Source: Felis catus (Eukaryota). From it: a DNA stretch of 64,000 nucleotides. The notes under the pieces were generated by a model that saw nothing but the letters and a program-made list of their open reading frames with translations, did not search any database and was not told where the DNA came from. Where the stretch lies: the NCBI RefSeq assembly GCF_018350175.1, contig NC_058373.1, forward strand, positions 102,922,001 through 102,986,000, in the 5' to 3' direction. Positions within the stretch are counted from its first letter, which is position 1, and every line of letters starts with the position of its first letter. This document shows, piece by piece, positions 23,171-35,819 of the stretch. A program made the translations under genes and the position numbers.

Positions 23171-24094
23171 GGACTCCACAAAAGATGGGGTGGCAGGTCG
23201 TGGGCACCTGAATCCCCTAAGGGACTTGTAAACCCAATGGAATGGTGTTTCACTGGTTACGAAACTACTATCAAGAGGGTTCTAGGCCAAGGAAATACTA
23301 GCCGCTACAGTCTCAAGGAGGTATGGAGGTGCCTAGAGCACCAGTGAATGAGCAGAGGTTTGGGGCAGGTGGAAAAAGCTGCCAGAGTTGGGACCTTTGA
23401 GATCAGGGTCAATTGGCTGAGACCCCGGCAGGCCTGTCCCTTGGATGGGATTACTGGGCAGCCACTCTGGGCTTTCAAAATTTGTGTTTAACAGTATCCC
23501 AAGGGTACAAAGGAAGATGTCAACAGTATAGCCTCCTTTCAAGTGTGTTACGTCGGGCAGCCCAAACTCTGGTGGAGTTGCCTGGCAGTCCCATACCATC
23601 CTGGGAATGGCCTTGACCACAGTGGTGTATGGTGGATGCTATCATGGGTGGGTTTTGCTCATTGCCTGAACAGAAAGAAAACAGCCAGTTGCACCCCAGC
23701 AACCTCAGTTCAGGGAGCAGGTAAGACCTGTCACACGCGGGAAGTCCCAGCTGGGGTCCAGAAGGCCCCGAGAGAGATGCATCTGGGAATCCCTCTCCCT
23801 TTTCACCATAATGTCATATAATGTGTACCCTCTTCTGCTATACAGCCAGATGCTTTTTAAGGAAAAGAAGCCATGGGAGAGACTTGAATATGAGAGATTG
23901 AGCTATTGCCACAGAAGAATACTATCCTTTGGGCACAGTTTACAATATGGGGACAGTTTACGATTATTCTGAGATTTTGGAGTTGCACTAACTTAGTTTT
24001 TCTCCAGTAGCTGGTGAACGGGTCCACTCCTGACCCATAAAGAAGCCGTATTTCTTTGTATACATGAGTGTAGTTAAGTAATTTTGTAACTTTC

Positions 24095-24430
24095 ACAATT
24101 TGTATAATGGAATATTATGCATCTCTTAAAATAATAATTTAGGTCTATATTTAATAACTTAGAAAGTTGTCTGTGATACTTGAAAGGGAAAAAATCAGGT
24201 CCCAAATCTTTAAGTCTGCTTTGATTCTATTTATGTAAAATTGTGTGTGTGTATACTCATAAAAAGAAGTCTCAATAAGTGTTCACCAAAATGTTAACAT
24301 GGGTTATCTTTGGGTGATGCTATCAGGTGATTTTTTTTCACTTTCTCCTTCATGCCTTTCTGGATTGCCTTAAGATATTTTGACAATGAGATTTATTTTT
24401 TATAGAAGCTATTTTTCATTTTGAAAAACA
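24095..24430 (+). mobile_element. Ancient L1 (L1ME-like) 3' fragment
   Basis: aatggaatattatgca...caccaaaatgttaacatgggttatctttgggtga. Confidence 0.7.
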
Positions 24431-25199
24431 AAACAAAAACTTGTTAGTAACTTTTGGTAGTTAGGGTCATTATTTGCTAAATTTTCTCCAGATTATTCTT
24501 TTGTTTTCATAGGAAGCCAAAATCCTTTTTGAGAGATGGATTGCATAGTTGAACAGTTTCTATAAGCAGATTTTATCTCTTGCTGAGATGCTACCTGGTA
24601 ACTTCCAACAGCCAAACATGCTACATGACCTATAACTTCCCCACGTGAAGAAACAATCTTTCTTTGACATCAGTGGGGCAGACAATCCAGGAGTCCTGAA
24701 TCCATGACCTTTCTCATGTACTAGTAACTGAATTCCTCAGAGATACAAAGGGGAAAAATAACTCTTGAAAGCTGTTGATACTATTTTAAATTCTTTAAAG
24801 GTAGGGGACAGACTGAGTAAGTAATCAAAGGAAGAGGCGGGGGTTTGAAGAATACTGCTTTTTGGGTAAGGAATGACAACAGGTTAGGTTTAATTCGCTT
24901 CCTAGCCCATTCACATTTATTATGGGGAATTTGGAGGTCAGAGTCATAGCATAACCTTTCCAATGAATATTGCATACCAGGCTGTCAGCAACCGGTGTGT
25001 CAGAGAGTCTTTGGGGGGTTGGTGGTATAAAACAAAGACCTAATCAAAAGCAGAGTGGAATTAAGTATGTGAGAACACCATCCTTTCCTCTCTTAGCCTG
25101 GGTGGCAGACAGCACGTTTATTGAGTGAGAAGGAAGTATTATGTACCAAGTCCAGCTTGCCATGGATATTCCGGTGTAGAGTTACAGGATATTGGAAGA

Positions 25200-25418
25200 A
25201 TTTTTTTTTTTTTTAGTTTTAACATTTATTTATTGTTGAGAGACAGAGAGGGCACGAACAGAAGAGGGGCAGAGAGAAAGGGAGACACAGATCCGAAGCA
25301 GGCTTCAGGCTCTGAGCTGTCAGCAAAGAGCCCAACGGGGGGCTCAGACTCACACACCATGAGATCATGACCTGAGCGGAAGTCGGACGCTTAACCAACT
25401 GAGCCACCCAGGAGCCCT
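25200..25418 (-). mobile_element. CanSINE (SINEC_Fc type)
   Basis: Poly(T)...gagatcatgacctgagcggaagtcggacgcttaaccaactgagccacccaggagccc. Confidence 0.97.
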
Positions 25419-25449
25419 GAAAATTGTTTTTTAATCTAAAACGTGTTTA

Positions 25450-25683
25450 GTAGCACCTGGGTGGCTCAGTCGGTTAAGCGTCTGACTTCGGCTCAGGTCA
25501 TGATGTCGTGGTCTGTGACTTTAAGCCCCGCATCAGGGTCTGTGCTGACAGCTTGGAGCCTGGAGCCTGCTTTGGATTCTGTGTCTCCCTCTCTCTCTGC
25601 CCCTCCCTTGCTCACAGTGTGTCTCTGTCTCTGTCTCTCTCTCTCTGTCTTTCTCTATCTCAAAAAATAAACATAAAAAAAAC
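25450..25683 (+). mobile_element. CanSINE (SINEC_Fc type)
   Basis: gcacctgggtggctcagtcggttaagcgtctgacttcggctcaggtcatg..., (CT)n and A tail. Confidence 0.97.
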
Positions 25684-25834
25684 ATATAATGGTTTAGAGT
25701 TTCCTACATTCGGTTTAGTATTTTATGATTGAATTTTCTAGAAGAGTCAGGTAAATCCTGGGTCCCACCTATATGCTGGGCATTATCCAGAGTGCTGTTA
25801 GAACAAGTGTCTGCCTCACACAGTTCAGACGTAA

Positions 25835-26266
25835 GTCCTGGCTGGTTCTCCAATCTCCTTCTCTTCCACACTTGCTTTTGTTGGCTGGTCTCAGCTGCAC
25901 CAAGCCCCAGCACGCCAGTCTCCTTTGCTGTTCTTTAGACACACCGAGCATGCTTTGACTTTAAGGCATTTGCCCTTTTCTTTCCCGTCTAGACCTCAGC
26001 TTGAACACCATCTAGCAGAATGGCCTTCTCTATAAAGATAGCACTCTACTTGCTATCCAGTCTGATGCCCCCTTCACTTTGCTTTATTTTTTATATAGCA
26101 CTTATTCCAACCTAACATACTGTGTATTTCCTTGTAATTCATCTACCCCTATCATAATGTCAGCCCCCTGAAAATAACTATCATCTGTTTTGTTCACTAC
26201 AGTGTTCCTAGCCCCTAGAACAGTGCCTGCTATGTAGGGGATAATCGATTTTTTGTTGAATGAATG
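25835..26266 (+). mobile_element. L2 3' part
   Basis: ...gttttgttcactacagtgttcctagcccctagaacagtgcctg...ttgttgaatgaatg. Confidence 0.85.
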
Positions 26267-26838
26267 TACAGAATGCTTGAACTCAGTTTACCCAATGGAC
26301 ATGCTCCTGAGCAATTGTATATGTATTAATTATTATAGATGGAAACATATTTTAAATACTTTAGGAGAACCCTGTTGTTGAAATGAATCCTATCTTTCAT
26401 CAATCCTTTAAAAGAAATTTGAATTCCCAGTTAGCCTTTTGTTTAGACCCAAGTTTTAGAGTTACATTTTTCCTTTAAGCAAGATCTACCTATGTATGGC
26501 TGTGTGCATGTTGGAGAACATTCCAAGGGTCATCTGAACTTATATGTGCTTTCTGTACAGATGATCAGAATCACCACCATGATTCCACACCATGATAGGT
26601 GTGTTTTTTTGGTCCCTAATGAAGACCAATAGAACTGAAGGACTCGGTGGAAAATACTACCTGGAAGGAGGGATGATATTAAAATATTGACGGCCATTGT
26701 GGCCACACTTGCTGTGTCAACCCTTTAGTTGATGGATCTGGGAAAGCTGACAGAGCAGGGTAGCACAGGCTGGTGCCTCAAGGCTGACCACTGGCCAGGG
26801 GGAGGAGTTTGCAGATTGCTCAGACATTGTGCCTGTAG

Positions 26839-26928
26839 ATTTTATTTTATTTTATTTTATTTTATTTTATTTTATTTTATTTTATTTTATTTTATTTTAT
26901 TTTATTTTATTTATTTTATTTTATTTAT
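26839..26928. repeat. (ATTTT)n pentanucleotide repeat
   Basis: About 18 near-perfect units; source of the FILFY ORFs. Confidence 0.98.
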
Positions 26929-27197
26929 GCCACATATCCCTACTTGGCTGTATGGTCCTCCTGGCTTGGGCAGGAAGTACCTGCATGGTGCCTGTATCTG
27001 ATGGGTGCTTAATTAACATTTGGTCAGTGAATTCACTATGTGAGACAACTTGATGAGAAAATCTGACTTGAAAGTGTTTTTTCCATCCATGGAGGTGGTT
27101 TAGTGCTGGCACAGTTAGGGTTTTCTTACAAGAGCAGCTTGTGGGGCCCCCAGTTCTTTCTTTCAATCACCAGGAAAGAGTAGGAATAGGGTCTGGA

Positions 27198-27341
27198 TAG
27201 GCAAATACAAGTTGTATGGAGTCTGAGCAGCTTACAATTTGGGTGGCCCTTTGTGAGAGAACAAACATGCAGTTAGGCACAGGGTCTGGGCAGTAGTCTG
27301 GAAGCTTAGGTTTCAGTAGTTTGACAGCCAGTCTGCTTCTG
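27198..27341. mobile_element. MER53-like hAT MITE
   Basis: gcttacaatttgggtggccct...gaagcttaggtttcagtagtttgacag resembles MER53. Confidence 0.55.
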
Positions 27342-27774
27342 GGGCTGCAAGCTTTCCAGGCTCAGGGGGCTGGCTTTGTTAGGAGACTCCCGAGGTGGGC
27401 TCACTGAAGGCCTGTTTGCAGGGAGGATGGGGCACTCCCTGGGAACAAATCTGTCCTAAGAAAGGGTCAGGCCTACTAATAACAAGGCCCTACTTATCTG
27501 AGGACCAATTCTGAGAAGAATGTGAGGACTTTTTCTCAGAACTGGTTTCTCTCTGGCTCTATACTCTATTGCAGCCCAGAGTGGCACCCCCAGTACCCAG
27601 GGGTGATGTACCGAACGTGACAGGAGAGTTGGCCTCCCACCTCCATAAGAAGTGGGCTTCAGTCCCCAGAGTGCTGGTGTCACCCAGAGGTGGGGACAGC
27701 TTGACACCGACCCAGAGACCATGGTCTGGGCATCTCATCACCTCATAGATAGCGGTGGAGGCTGGCAGACTTCA

Positions 27775-27895
27775 TAATAACAGCTTTAGTTGCCCTTCAT
27801 GGGGCACATTCATGCTGGGTGTCTTCAAATATATTCTCTCTCATTCTTACAGGAGGCTTGCAAGGTGAATATCATTAACTCCGTGTTACAGGTGT
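27775..27895 (-). mobile_element. MIR fragment
   Basis: ...gcaaggtgaatatcattaactccgtgttacaggtg. Confidence 0.6.
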
Positions 27896-28665
27896 AATTG
27901 GATGATGGCATATTTGCTCACACGGCACTTACTGCACAGAGACAACATAAATTATTTTCTCCAGCTGATTTGAACCTCTTTATGAGTCCCAACCCCGCTG
28001 GGTAGCACAAAACTGAGTTCTCCCAATTAACAACACCTCAGTCTCTTCTGGTTTATGGTCCCTTTCCTGTTTAAACAGTCAAGGTTTTCTAGTTAAGTTC
28101 CCTATCAGGGCTGTTTTAATTAGTCTCTTTTGGATAACTCATTCTTCCTGATGATCTGGTACTCTTGCAGAGTTCCTCATTTCCCCCTTCTCCACAAAGA
28201 TAGTCCTGTGTGCTGGCAGGACTCACTGGTGTTGCCCAGTCAGGCCATGGGACTTCTGGACACTCACTGTTCTACCCCATGGGCCAGGCAATCAGGGAGG
28301 GTAAATGGATCCGTCTGCTCTCCGTCTTCGAGAGTCACAGGTGTCGCACACTGTTGAGGGCTGGTCATCTGTGCTGTTGTGAAGTTTGTAGGGGGGTGAT
28401 CACTCAGCACCTTTGTATCTATGCCTGGGCTTGTGGAAACTTCTGGATCCTTGGATGCCACACACAGGCCATGGGGAGACTGCAGAGCAACGTTGGCTCA
28501 CCCCATCTGGGAGGAACACTGCAGTGACTCCCACTCTCTCTGGCTCTCTCTGGCTCCCTCTTGCCCTGATCCCTGGGGCTGGAGAGGGCCATGGCTTCCC
28601 TTGTCTCTGTGTTACTTTGTGCGTTCTCTCCCTGTTGGCATATAGTGTGACCTTCTGATATGGCC

Positions 28666-29054
28666 CAGTGGTCTTCCAAGTCCTTTTCCGTGTGTCCCCT
28701 CAAAAACATCTGGAAAGCTATGACTACCTTTTCAAGTTGATATCAGATGTTTTTCATCTAAATTAAAGAGTTGCAAAGGATGTAATTTCTGGCTACTGTA
28801 AATACTGACATTTTAGAATACAACCGTTACAGTGCTCTTTTACATTTACTCAGTGGAGTCTAAATACCAGAGTGATTTAATACCCATGGTTCAAAAAACA
28901 CATGAACAAGCTCTTTTTTAACAGTTGGAAGTTTCACAATGTTTCTTTTTCTCCTTGAAATTGTATTTCCATTTCACTTCTCCCGCAGAACTTTAGCCTA
29001 ATGTGATATATTTTTATGCTTGAAAGTCTTTTATTAATCACCCTATCATTCCTC

Positions 29055-29107
<53 letters not shown>

Positions 29108-29300
29108 TATACATATATTTTTTTTGGTCATATTTTCTGGTCATCACAGCATCCTGTTAGAAAATTATTGTGGGTTAAATTCCAACAGAATTATTATTAA
29201 CACAACATTGATCAAAGCAATATATATACATACACATATTACATATTTTACGGTTAATTATTAAACATAAAAATAATTGTGCTCGAAATGTATCTCTTAA
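28666..29300. mobile_element. hAT-Charlie-type DNA transposon remnant
   Basis: Starts with TIR-like cagtggtcttccaa. Body agttgcaaaggatgtaatttc..gtaaatactgacatttta..catgaacaagctct resembles Charlie elements. Subfamily not determined. Confidence 0.6.
29058..29118. repeat. (TA)21 microsatellite with CA/TA extension
   Basis: Perfect TA run 29058-29099. Confidence 0.98.
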
Positions 29301-29754
29301 TAAAATGGATGGGAGGGTTGTTATGGCAATTCTGGTAGGCTTTGCAGACACTGATATTTCAGTGTCCTTTTGTCTGTTGCCTGGAGGTTTTATGCCTTAA
29401 GGAAATGCATCTTAGTAAGGTTTGAGGCAGCTTCCTTTCTTTGAGTTGTCTGTCTTCCTCTGTGGAGTGAGGGAGGAAGGAGATAGGAAACTGTAGCAGA
29501 TATAACATTGATCCCCTATAACTCTCCATATCTGGGGTGCTTTGGACAGTGAGAAGTTTCTGGAAGTTTAAAGACCACTATCCCCAGCCCTGGCTCTTGC
29601 CTGTTTTGAAGGGGTGTTTGAAGGGGTGGCCCCAAAGTCTTTACCTTCTTCTCTGGGACACTAAATCTCATGCAAAATATTCAGGCTTTAGAAGACAGCA
29701 AGACAATACAAATGCAAATAACTGCTTTAAAAATGTCAGTAGGAAAAAAAAATG

Positions 29755-29880
29755 TCAGTACATTGCCTGTGTCATAGAGATGAGGAAATTAAGGCCTGGA
29801 GATGTTAAAATAGGTCAAAATATGTAGTCAGTTGGTGGCAAAGAAGGAATTTGACTTCAGGTCTGGGATCCTTTCTGTTA
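29755..29880 (-). mobile_element. MIR fragment
   Basis: catagagatgaggaaattaaggcctggagatgttaa...ggtggcaaagaaggaatttgacttcaggtctg. Confidence 0.75.
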
Positions 29881-29949
29881 ATGGATCATGGTTTCCAGCT
29901 AGCCTGTGGATGGCTGCATCAGAATCATGAGTCTTTGTTTGTTTGTTTG

Positions 29950-30177
29950 TTTTTTAAAATTTTTTAATGTCTATTTATTTTTGAGAGAAAGCAAGAGAGT
30001 GAGAGAGCGAGTGTGAGCAGGGGAGGGGCGGAGAGAGACGGAACACAGAATCAGAAGCAGACTCTAGGCTCTGGGTTGTCAGTACAGAGCCCAACATGGG
30101 GCTTGAACTCACAAACTGTGAGATCATGACCTGAGCCAAAGGCAGATGCTTAACTGACTGAACCACCCAGGCACCCC
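29950..30177 (-). mobile_element. CanSINE (SINEC_Fc type)
   Basis: Full body ending gactgaaccacccaggcacccc. Confidence 0.97.
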
Positions 30178-30374
30178 AGGGAGCACCCTTTTCTTGTAGC
30201 AGCTTCTGCATGGGGCTGCTTTTAAAGCACCTGCCCAGAACTCTGGGGCTTTCCTGTGAGAATCTCTGTGGCCTTTGAAAGTCAGTCTGGAGCAAATTCA
30301 GGATCTTGATGAGACTGGCTGCCATTTGTCTTCAGTATGGAGAATGGAATGACTTGCTGTGAACCGATTTCTTT

Positions 30375-30591
30375 TCTTTCTTTCTTTCTTTTTTAAATAA
30401 ATGTTTATTCATTTTTGAGAGAGAGAGAGAGACAGAGCAGGGGAGGGGCAGAAAGAGGGGGACAGAGGATCTGAAGCAGGCTCTGTGCTGACAGCAGGGA
30501 GCCCAATTCAGGGCCCAAACTTATGAACCCACAAGATCATGACCTGAGCTGAAGTCAGACGCTCAACCAACTGAGCCACCCTGGTGCCCCC
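30375..30591 (-). mobile_element. CanSINE
   Basis: Full body. TSD aaccgatttcttt (30362-30374) / aacccatttcttt (30592-30604). Confidence 0.97.
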
Positions 30592-32069
30592 AACCCATTT
30601 CTTTGTTGACATCCTTAGTGCCTATGGGCAAAAGGCAGCATCTTCTCCTGTACTTCTCTCTGGACCCTCTCCATCACTGGGTTTCCTCTGTAGCTGTTCT
30701 GACTTTGATAGTCCTGGAGGTAAATTCCCTTCCTCACAGGGCAGCTGAAAGGGAGGGTTAAGTTGTGTACTGACAGTCTTTGGGTTTTCTTCTTGGATGG
30801 AAAGACCTTGAGGAAAACCTGGTATCATCAATAGTCACCACGCTCCAAATCCAGCTCTGTGCCTACATTGTGCTTCAAGCACAGTTTGGGAGAACAGGGT
30901 TCACACATGCCTCTTTTTAGCAAGGTGCTGCGAGAAACAGTTTTCATAATCCAGCAGGGCCAGAGGGTGAGTATTACAACAGAGGGAGAGACAGGAGACC
31001 TATTTATCACCGTGTTGTCACTTTGAGGGAAAACAAGCTTTATTCCTGCTTGCCATGGGCCTAGATGGATGTCAATTGAGTTACTAAATTTCTATCTGAA
31101 AAATTGTGCCCAATATAGGAGCCTTCAGGGGACATCCATAATGGGAAACAGCAGCAAAGCAGTAAATATCAGGCTGTGGTTCTCTCCCAGGCATGCTGAC
31201 TCCTGCACCGATGCACACACTTGTTTACCCATCTTTTTTTGGAGGTGGTCCCTGGACCTGGGAATCTGAGGGATCGTCCCCACAATACTTTAAGACTTCA
31301 TTGATTCTCTCCTGCCAAGTGTGCTAATGAAGCTCAAGTCCTATAGCAGAGCGCCACCCTCCCTCCTCATCAACTCCGTTTCACTCTCTCCCTGCCAACT
31401 CTAGCAATTGACTCATGAGAAATCCCGTTAGAGGATTTTTTTTTCTCGTAAAACACACGCACTCCACACCTCATAAAGGTTGCAGAAAGGTGTAGTAATG
31501 GTCTGGCAGACATCTACCCAGTGAGACAAATTTTCCGTTGTGAAAGCTACTACTCCTTAATTTAGTCTGAATGTAGAAAGCACAGAATTCCTTACCTGAC
31601 TTCGTCAAAGTTGCTAGGATGAGACATAGAAATTGGATCTTGGGAGTGCAGTGGATTTGTTACCGGGTCTCATTACGGGCATTTAAATTTTTGGTATGTC
31701 AACCTTTCAGTGGGAGATTGAAGAAGATCCATAAGGAATATTCAAGGTTTGGACCATTAAAGCTGTGATTTCCTTCAAACATGAAACTTTGGGTGTAATG
31801 GACGTTTTTGTCCATCCAGCAAAAATTCCCCATCCTCAACGGGAAGGAGAGAGTAAAAACTCAAGGGTTTATTCTCAACCTTAAGAAATAGTCTAATTTC
31901 AGCTCTTTTACCTGAAGATATGGGAGTGACTCTGGTCACAAAGAGTAATCACTGTCCCTAACATCACAGGGAGTCCTGTGATGCCCTCCACTACTCCTCA
32001 CCAGTGTCTCTCAGAATGCCTAATGCAAAGAATAGTTTCTTGATTTCTTTGTACCATTAGGCAGTGCCT

Positions 32070-32400
32070 CCTTCATTCCTTCAATCATACATTCATTCAA
32101 TAAGCTACTGCTGTGCTATGTGAGCAAAACAGGCAGGTCTCTGGATTACAAGAGGGGGATTGCCCCTCTGGGCAAGAGGGGGATTAGGGATGCATGGGGA
32201 GGTGATCCCAGAGTCCCGTGGAGAGCAGATGGTGGCTTAGAACCAAGACCCAGATGCTACCAGTGGTTTAGCAAGCGGCACACAGATTTGTAGTACAGTT
32301 AGGAGACACCATTAACAGAACTCAGTGAGGAATTGGAGGCGGAAAGATGGTTCACTAGTGTCCAATAAAAGCAGCTTGGAGGACGCAGGTTCATGAGATC
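32070..32400 (-). mobile_element. L2 fragments
   Basis: (CATT)n-like tail ttcattccttcaatcatacattcattcaa followed by decayed antisense L2. Confidence 0.55.
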
Positions 32401-32439
32401 AGGCAGAGCACACACAGATTTCTTTTTCTCCTGCAGCTC

Positions 32440-33483
32440 CAACCATTCTTTGCCAGTTTTCTTTGTTTCTGTTACTTTTTATATCCTTTAAATATTGAGG
32501 CTCTCAAGCAGTTTATCTTTGGCCTCCTCTTCTCCCTGTGTGATTTCTTCCACATCTTGGCTTTACTATAAAGCAGATAGCTCCTAAAGCCATGTAGACA
32601 GAGCCACATCTCCGTATTTCCCACCAAACACTGGGATCTTCTTAGGCATTTGAACTTCAACGTGTTGAAAATTGAACTCCTCTTCTCCCTCTGCCATCTC
32701 CTACTACCCCAATGCCTGTCCTTGAATTTGACCTGCTCCTGTGTTCTCTACCTTGGTCACTGGACCACTAGCCTGCTGGTCCCCCAGGTCTGTATCCTGG
32801 GGATCATCTTAGACCTTTCTTCTGCTCTCAGGGCTCTCTTTTTATCACTGTATTTTATTGCTTCTCTAGCTTATATATTTCTCATCTATGTCATTGCTAA
32901 GCTGAGCCCCCATGTCTTTCAGCAGTTCCCTCAGTCAGTATTGATCCCTTCTAGTCCACCTTCTGTGTGCTCCCAGACTGATCTTATTCTCTCCTCTAAA
33001 GCTGGGGGATGACTTGCATCCTTTAGAATGAAGCCTTTTGCACAGTGTTTTAAATCCTTCCATAACGTTCTTCCTGCTGGCAACAATTTCATCGCATCTG
33101 TTCTTCAGGGAAGTCATTTCTGCCTCTCGTTCACACCTGTCTCATGACCCTCCTGTCTTTGTGTCCTGAGTTGAAAGGCCTCCTCCCTCTTCCTTCTTCA
33201 CTTGACTTGTGTGCTCCCTTCTAATCCATCTAATCCTTGCTTTTTCTCAGAACCTTCCCTGAGCCCTCAGGCTGATGCAGGTCCCCCTTTTCTGTGTTTT
33301 CTTACCCCATCATTAGGCACTTTATACCCTGTGCTGTCACTGTAAATTCTCTTGTCTGTGTTCCCTACCAGGCTACAAGCTCCTTGAGAGCATGGACTCT
33401 TCCTCACTTTCTTCTGAGAGTACACAGAAGCACCAAGCACATGGCACTGTTAACCACTAATAAATTTAGTTGAATCAATGAAC
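32440..33483 (+). mobile_element. L2 LINE 3' part
   Basis: aacttcaacgtgttgaaaattgaactc...ctacaagctccttgagagcatggac...gttgaatcaatgaa. Confidence 0.85.
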
Positions 33484-33824
33484 AAATTGTTTTATGTGCA
33501 TTTTTCAGTGAAGATCTATGAGAAAAGTCTATAAGTTATGGTTCTAACTTTTTTGTTTTAACAATACTTATTAGTTATTTATGCCATTCAAATCGATTAC
33601 AATGAAGATACAGAAAACTTTAACTGAATCTAATCTCAGCTATGAAGGATAAGACTTGGAAATCCAGTCATACTTCTGGAAATTACAGACACTCATTAAC
33701 TAGCGTCCTCTCTTAATTTTGGAAGAGCATCCCATTAGAAAAATTTTTTTACATTCACTGTAGGAGTGTATAGGAGTATAAACAGCTTTCTAAAACAAGG
33801 ATATTAAGCAACATTGGTATGTCA

Positions 33825-33990
33825 TTTTATTTATCTATTTATTTTTATTATTTTAGAGAGATAGTGAGAATCTTAGCAGGCTCTATGCTCAGCATGGAGC
33901 CTTACACAGGGTCTGATTCCATGAGTCTGGGATCATGACCTGAACTGAAATCAGTCAGTCTGTCAACTGACTGAGCCACCCAGGCACCCT
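33825..33990 (-). mobile_element. CanSINE (older, short)
   Basis: gggatcatgacctgaactgaaatc...actgactgagccacccaggcaccc. Confidence 0.93.
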
Positions 33991-34084
33991 GTTATATCAG
34001 TTAATAAGGAAATTATCATCCTGGGAACGTTAGGCATGAGAAAACGAGAACAGTAACAAGAAAAGGAAAGAGTTAGGGAGAGCT

Positions 34085-34205
34085 CTAAATGTTTGTTTGT
34101 CTTTCCTTCTACCAGAATATAACCTTCATAGGGGTAGGAACATGATTGGGTTCATTCTGCAGTCAAGCACCCAATGTCAAGCACCTTGCTTAGTGCATAG
34201 ATTCT
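34085..34205 (+). mobile_element. L2 3' end fragment
   Basis: ttgtttgtctttccttctaccagaatataaccttcataggggtagg. Confidence 0.6.
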
Positions 34206-34351
34206 GAAGAAGGAAGGAAGAAAAGAAAATAGGCGTAAAAAATGATGGGGATTGGCAGATATGGGAGCAACAAAGGAAACATTTTTAAACACATGAGCAG
34301 CTTGCTCTTACATATGACACACCATCTAATGCTCACTTTTCCCTTGCTGGG

Positions 34352-34835
34352 GGTACCAGATACTGTCTGTGGTCACTCAGGTCCATGCTTACCTTTCTTT
34401 ATCCATCTCTCTACCTCTGGGGCCGGAAGCCTGTTAACTACATTTCCCGGACCTTTTAGCCAGCTGGCTTATGAGATTCTGCCAGGGGGAGGTACTAATA
34501 GGAGAGTAAAAGGTGGGAGAAAGGGAAAAGCTGCCTTAGTTTCCAGCTCTGGGCAGCAGTAACGGCAATGAAAGCCATGTCAGTGGACAGCAAGTGTCTC
34601 TCCCAGTTCTTGTTCAGTAGCCAGATTCTGACAGTTGGCAGTGAACATGAGCTGTGGGGACATCATTTCCCCTTAGCTCCTCTGGGGGCTTCTATAATTA
34701 CTTATTTCTGAATATCTTGTACATTGAGCCCCCTAATCCCTCTGTCACCTTTGTAACCAATGACCTATATTATTAAATCCTCTCTGAAATATCTGGAATA
34801 CTTTCCATTTTCCTAGTTAGAAACTGGCTGCTACA
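34352..34835 (+). mobile_element. ERVL solo LTR (LTR33/LTR41-like)
   Basis: aactacatttccc..gccagctgg..ttctgcca core, ATTAAA at 34772-34777, ends ctggctgctaca. Confidence 0.7.
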
Positions 34836-34948
34836 TCTACACTGACCATTAAACATCAACAAATGAGCAAATCAATATCTGCACACATCCATTTTTGGTT
34901 AAAAGTATATACAATGCCACTTTGAACTGTAAAATGCATTTTGATTTA

Positions 34949-35687
34949 TCTTTTTTTTTATAAGAATGTGTTGCTTTATTTTTTTTATTTTTTTTTCAAT
35001 ATATGAAGTTTATTGTCAAATTGGTTTCCATACAACACCCAGTGCTCATCCCAAAAGGGGCCCTCCTCAGTACCCATCACCCCCCCACCCCTCCTTCCCA
35101 CCCCCCATCAACCCTCAGTTTGTTCTGTTTTTAAGAGTCTCTTATGCTTTGGCTCTCTTCCACTCTAACCTCTTTTTTTTTCCTTCCCCTCCCCCATGGG
35201 TTTCTGTTAAGTTTCTCAGGATCCACATAAAAGTGAAACCATATGGTATCTGTCTTTCTCTGTATGGCTTATTTCACTTAGCATAACACTCTCCAGTTCC
35301 ATCCACGTTGCTACAAAGGGCCATATTTCATTCTTTCTCATTGCCACGTAGTACTCCATTGTGTATATAAACCACAATTTCTTTATCCATTCATCAGTTG
35401 ATGGACATTTAGGCTCTTTCCATAATTTGGCTATTGTTGAGAGTGCTGCTATAAACATTGGGGTACAAGTGCCCCTATGCATCAGTACTCCTGTATCCCT
35501 TGGGTAAATTCCTAGCAGTGCTATTCCTGGGTCATAGGGTAGGTCTATCTTTAATTTTTTGAGGAACCTTCACACTGTTTTCCAGAGTGGCTGCACCAAT
35601 TTGCATTCCCACCAACAGTGCAAGAGGGTTCCCGTTTCTCCACATCCTCGCCAGCACCTTTAGTCTCCTGATTTGTTCATTTTGGCC
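34949..35687 (-). mobile_element. Young 5'-truncated L1_Fc with short 3' transduction
   Basis: ORF 35216..35482 = ORF2p C-terminus (CTPMFIAALSTIAKLWKEPKCPSTDEWIKKLW). Perfect 17-bp TSD aaatgcattttgattta at 34932-34948 and 35688-35704. Confidence 0.98.
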
Positions 35688-35819
35688 AAATGCATTTTGA
35701 TTTAAACAACACATGAAATAAAGAGACAAGTGACTAGCAACAGATATGTTAAGTATAATTTCCATTCAGTAGTTGGAGATGTGTTTAAAATCAAAATAAT
35801 GGTAAGATAATGCAGAGAG

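Noticed and set aside
22660..24600. Plus-strand exon candidates (acceptor at 22714; segments 23674-23720 and 24513-24597)
   Set aside because: No recognisable protein, an in-frame stop in the most protein-like frame, and no consistent chain. Cannot be supported without RNA data.
26825..26996. Apparent TSD cattgtgcctgta / catggtgcctgta around (ATTTT)n
   Set aside because: The right copy and intervening DNA look like an L2 3' end, so the match is probably coincidental.
26729..27053. ORFs with FILFY repeats
   Set aside because: Translation of the (ATTTT)n microsatellite.
31340..31420. CTCF-like agcgccaccctcc and AP-1 TGACTCA
   Set aside because: Partial or short motifs expected by chance.
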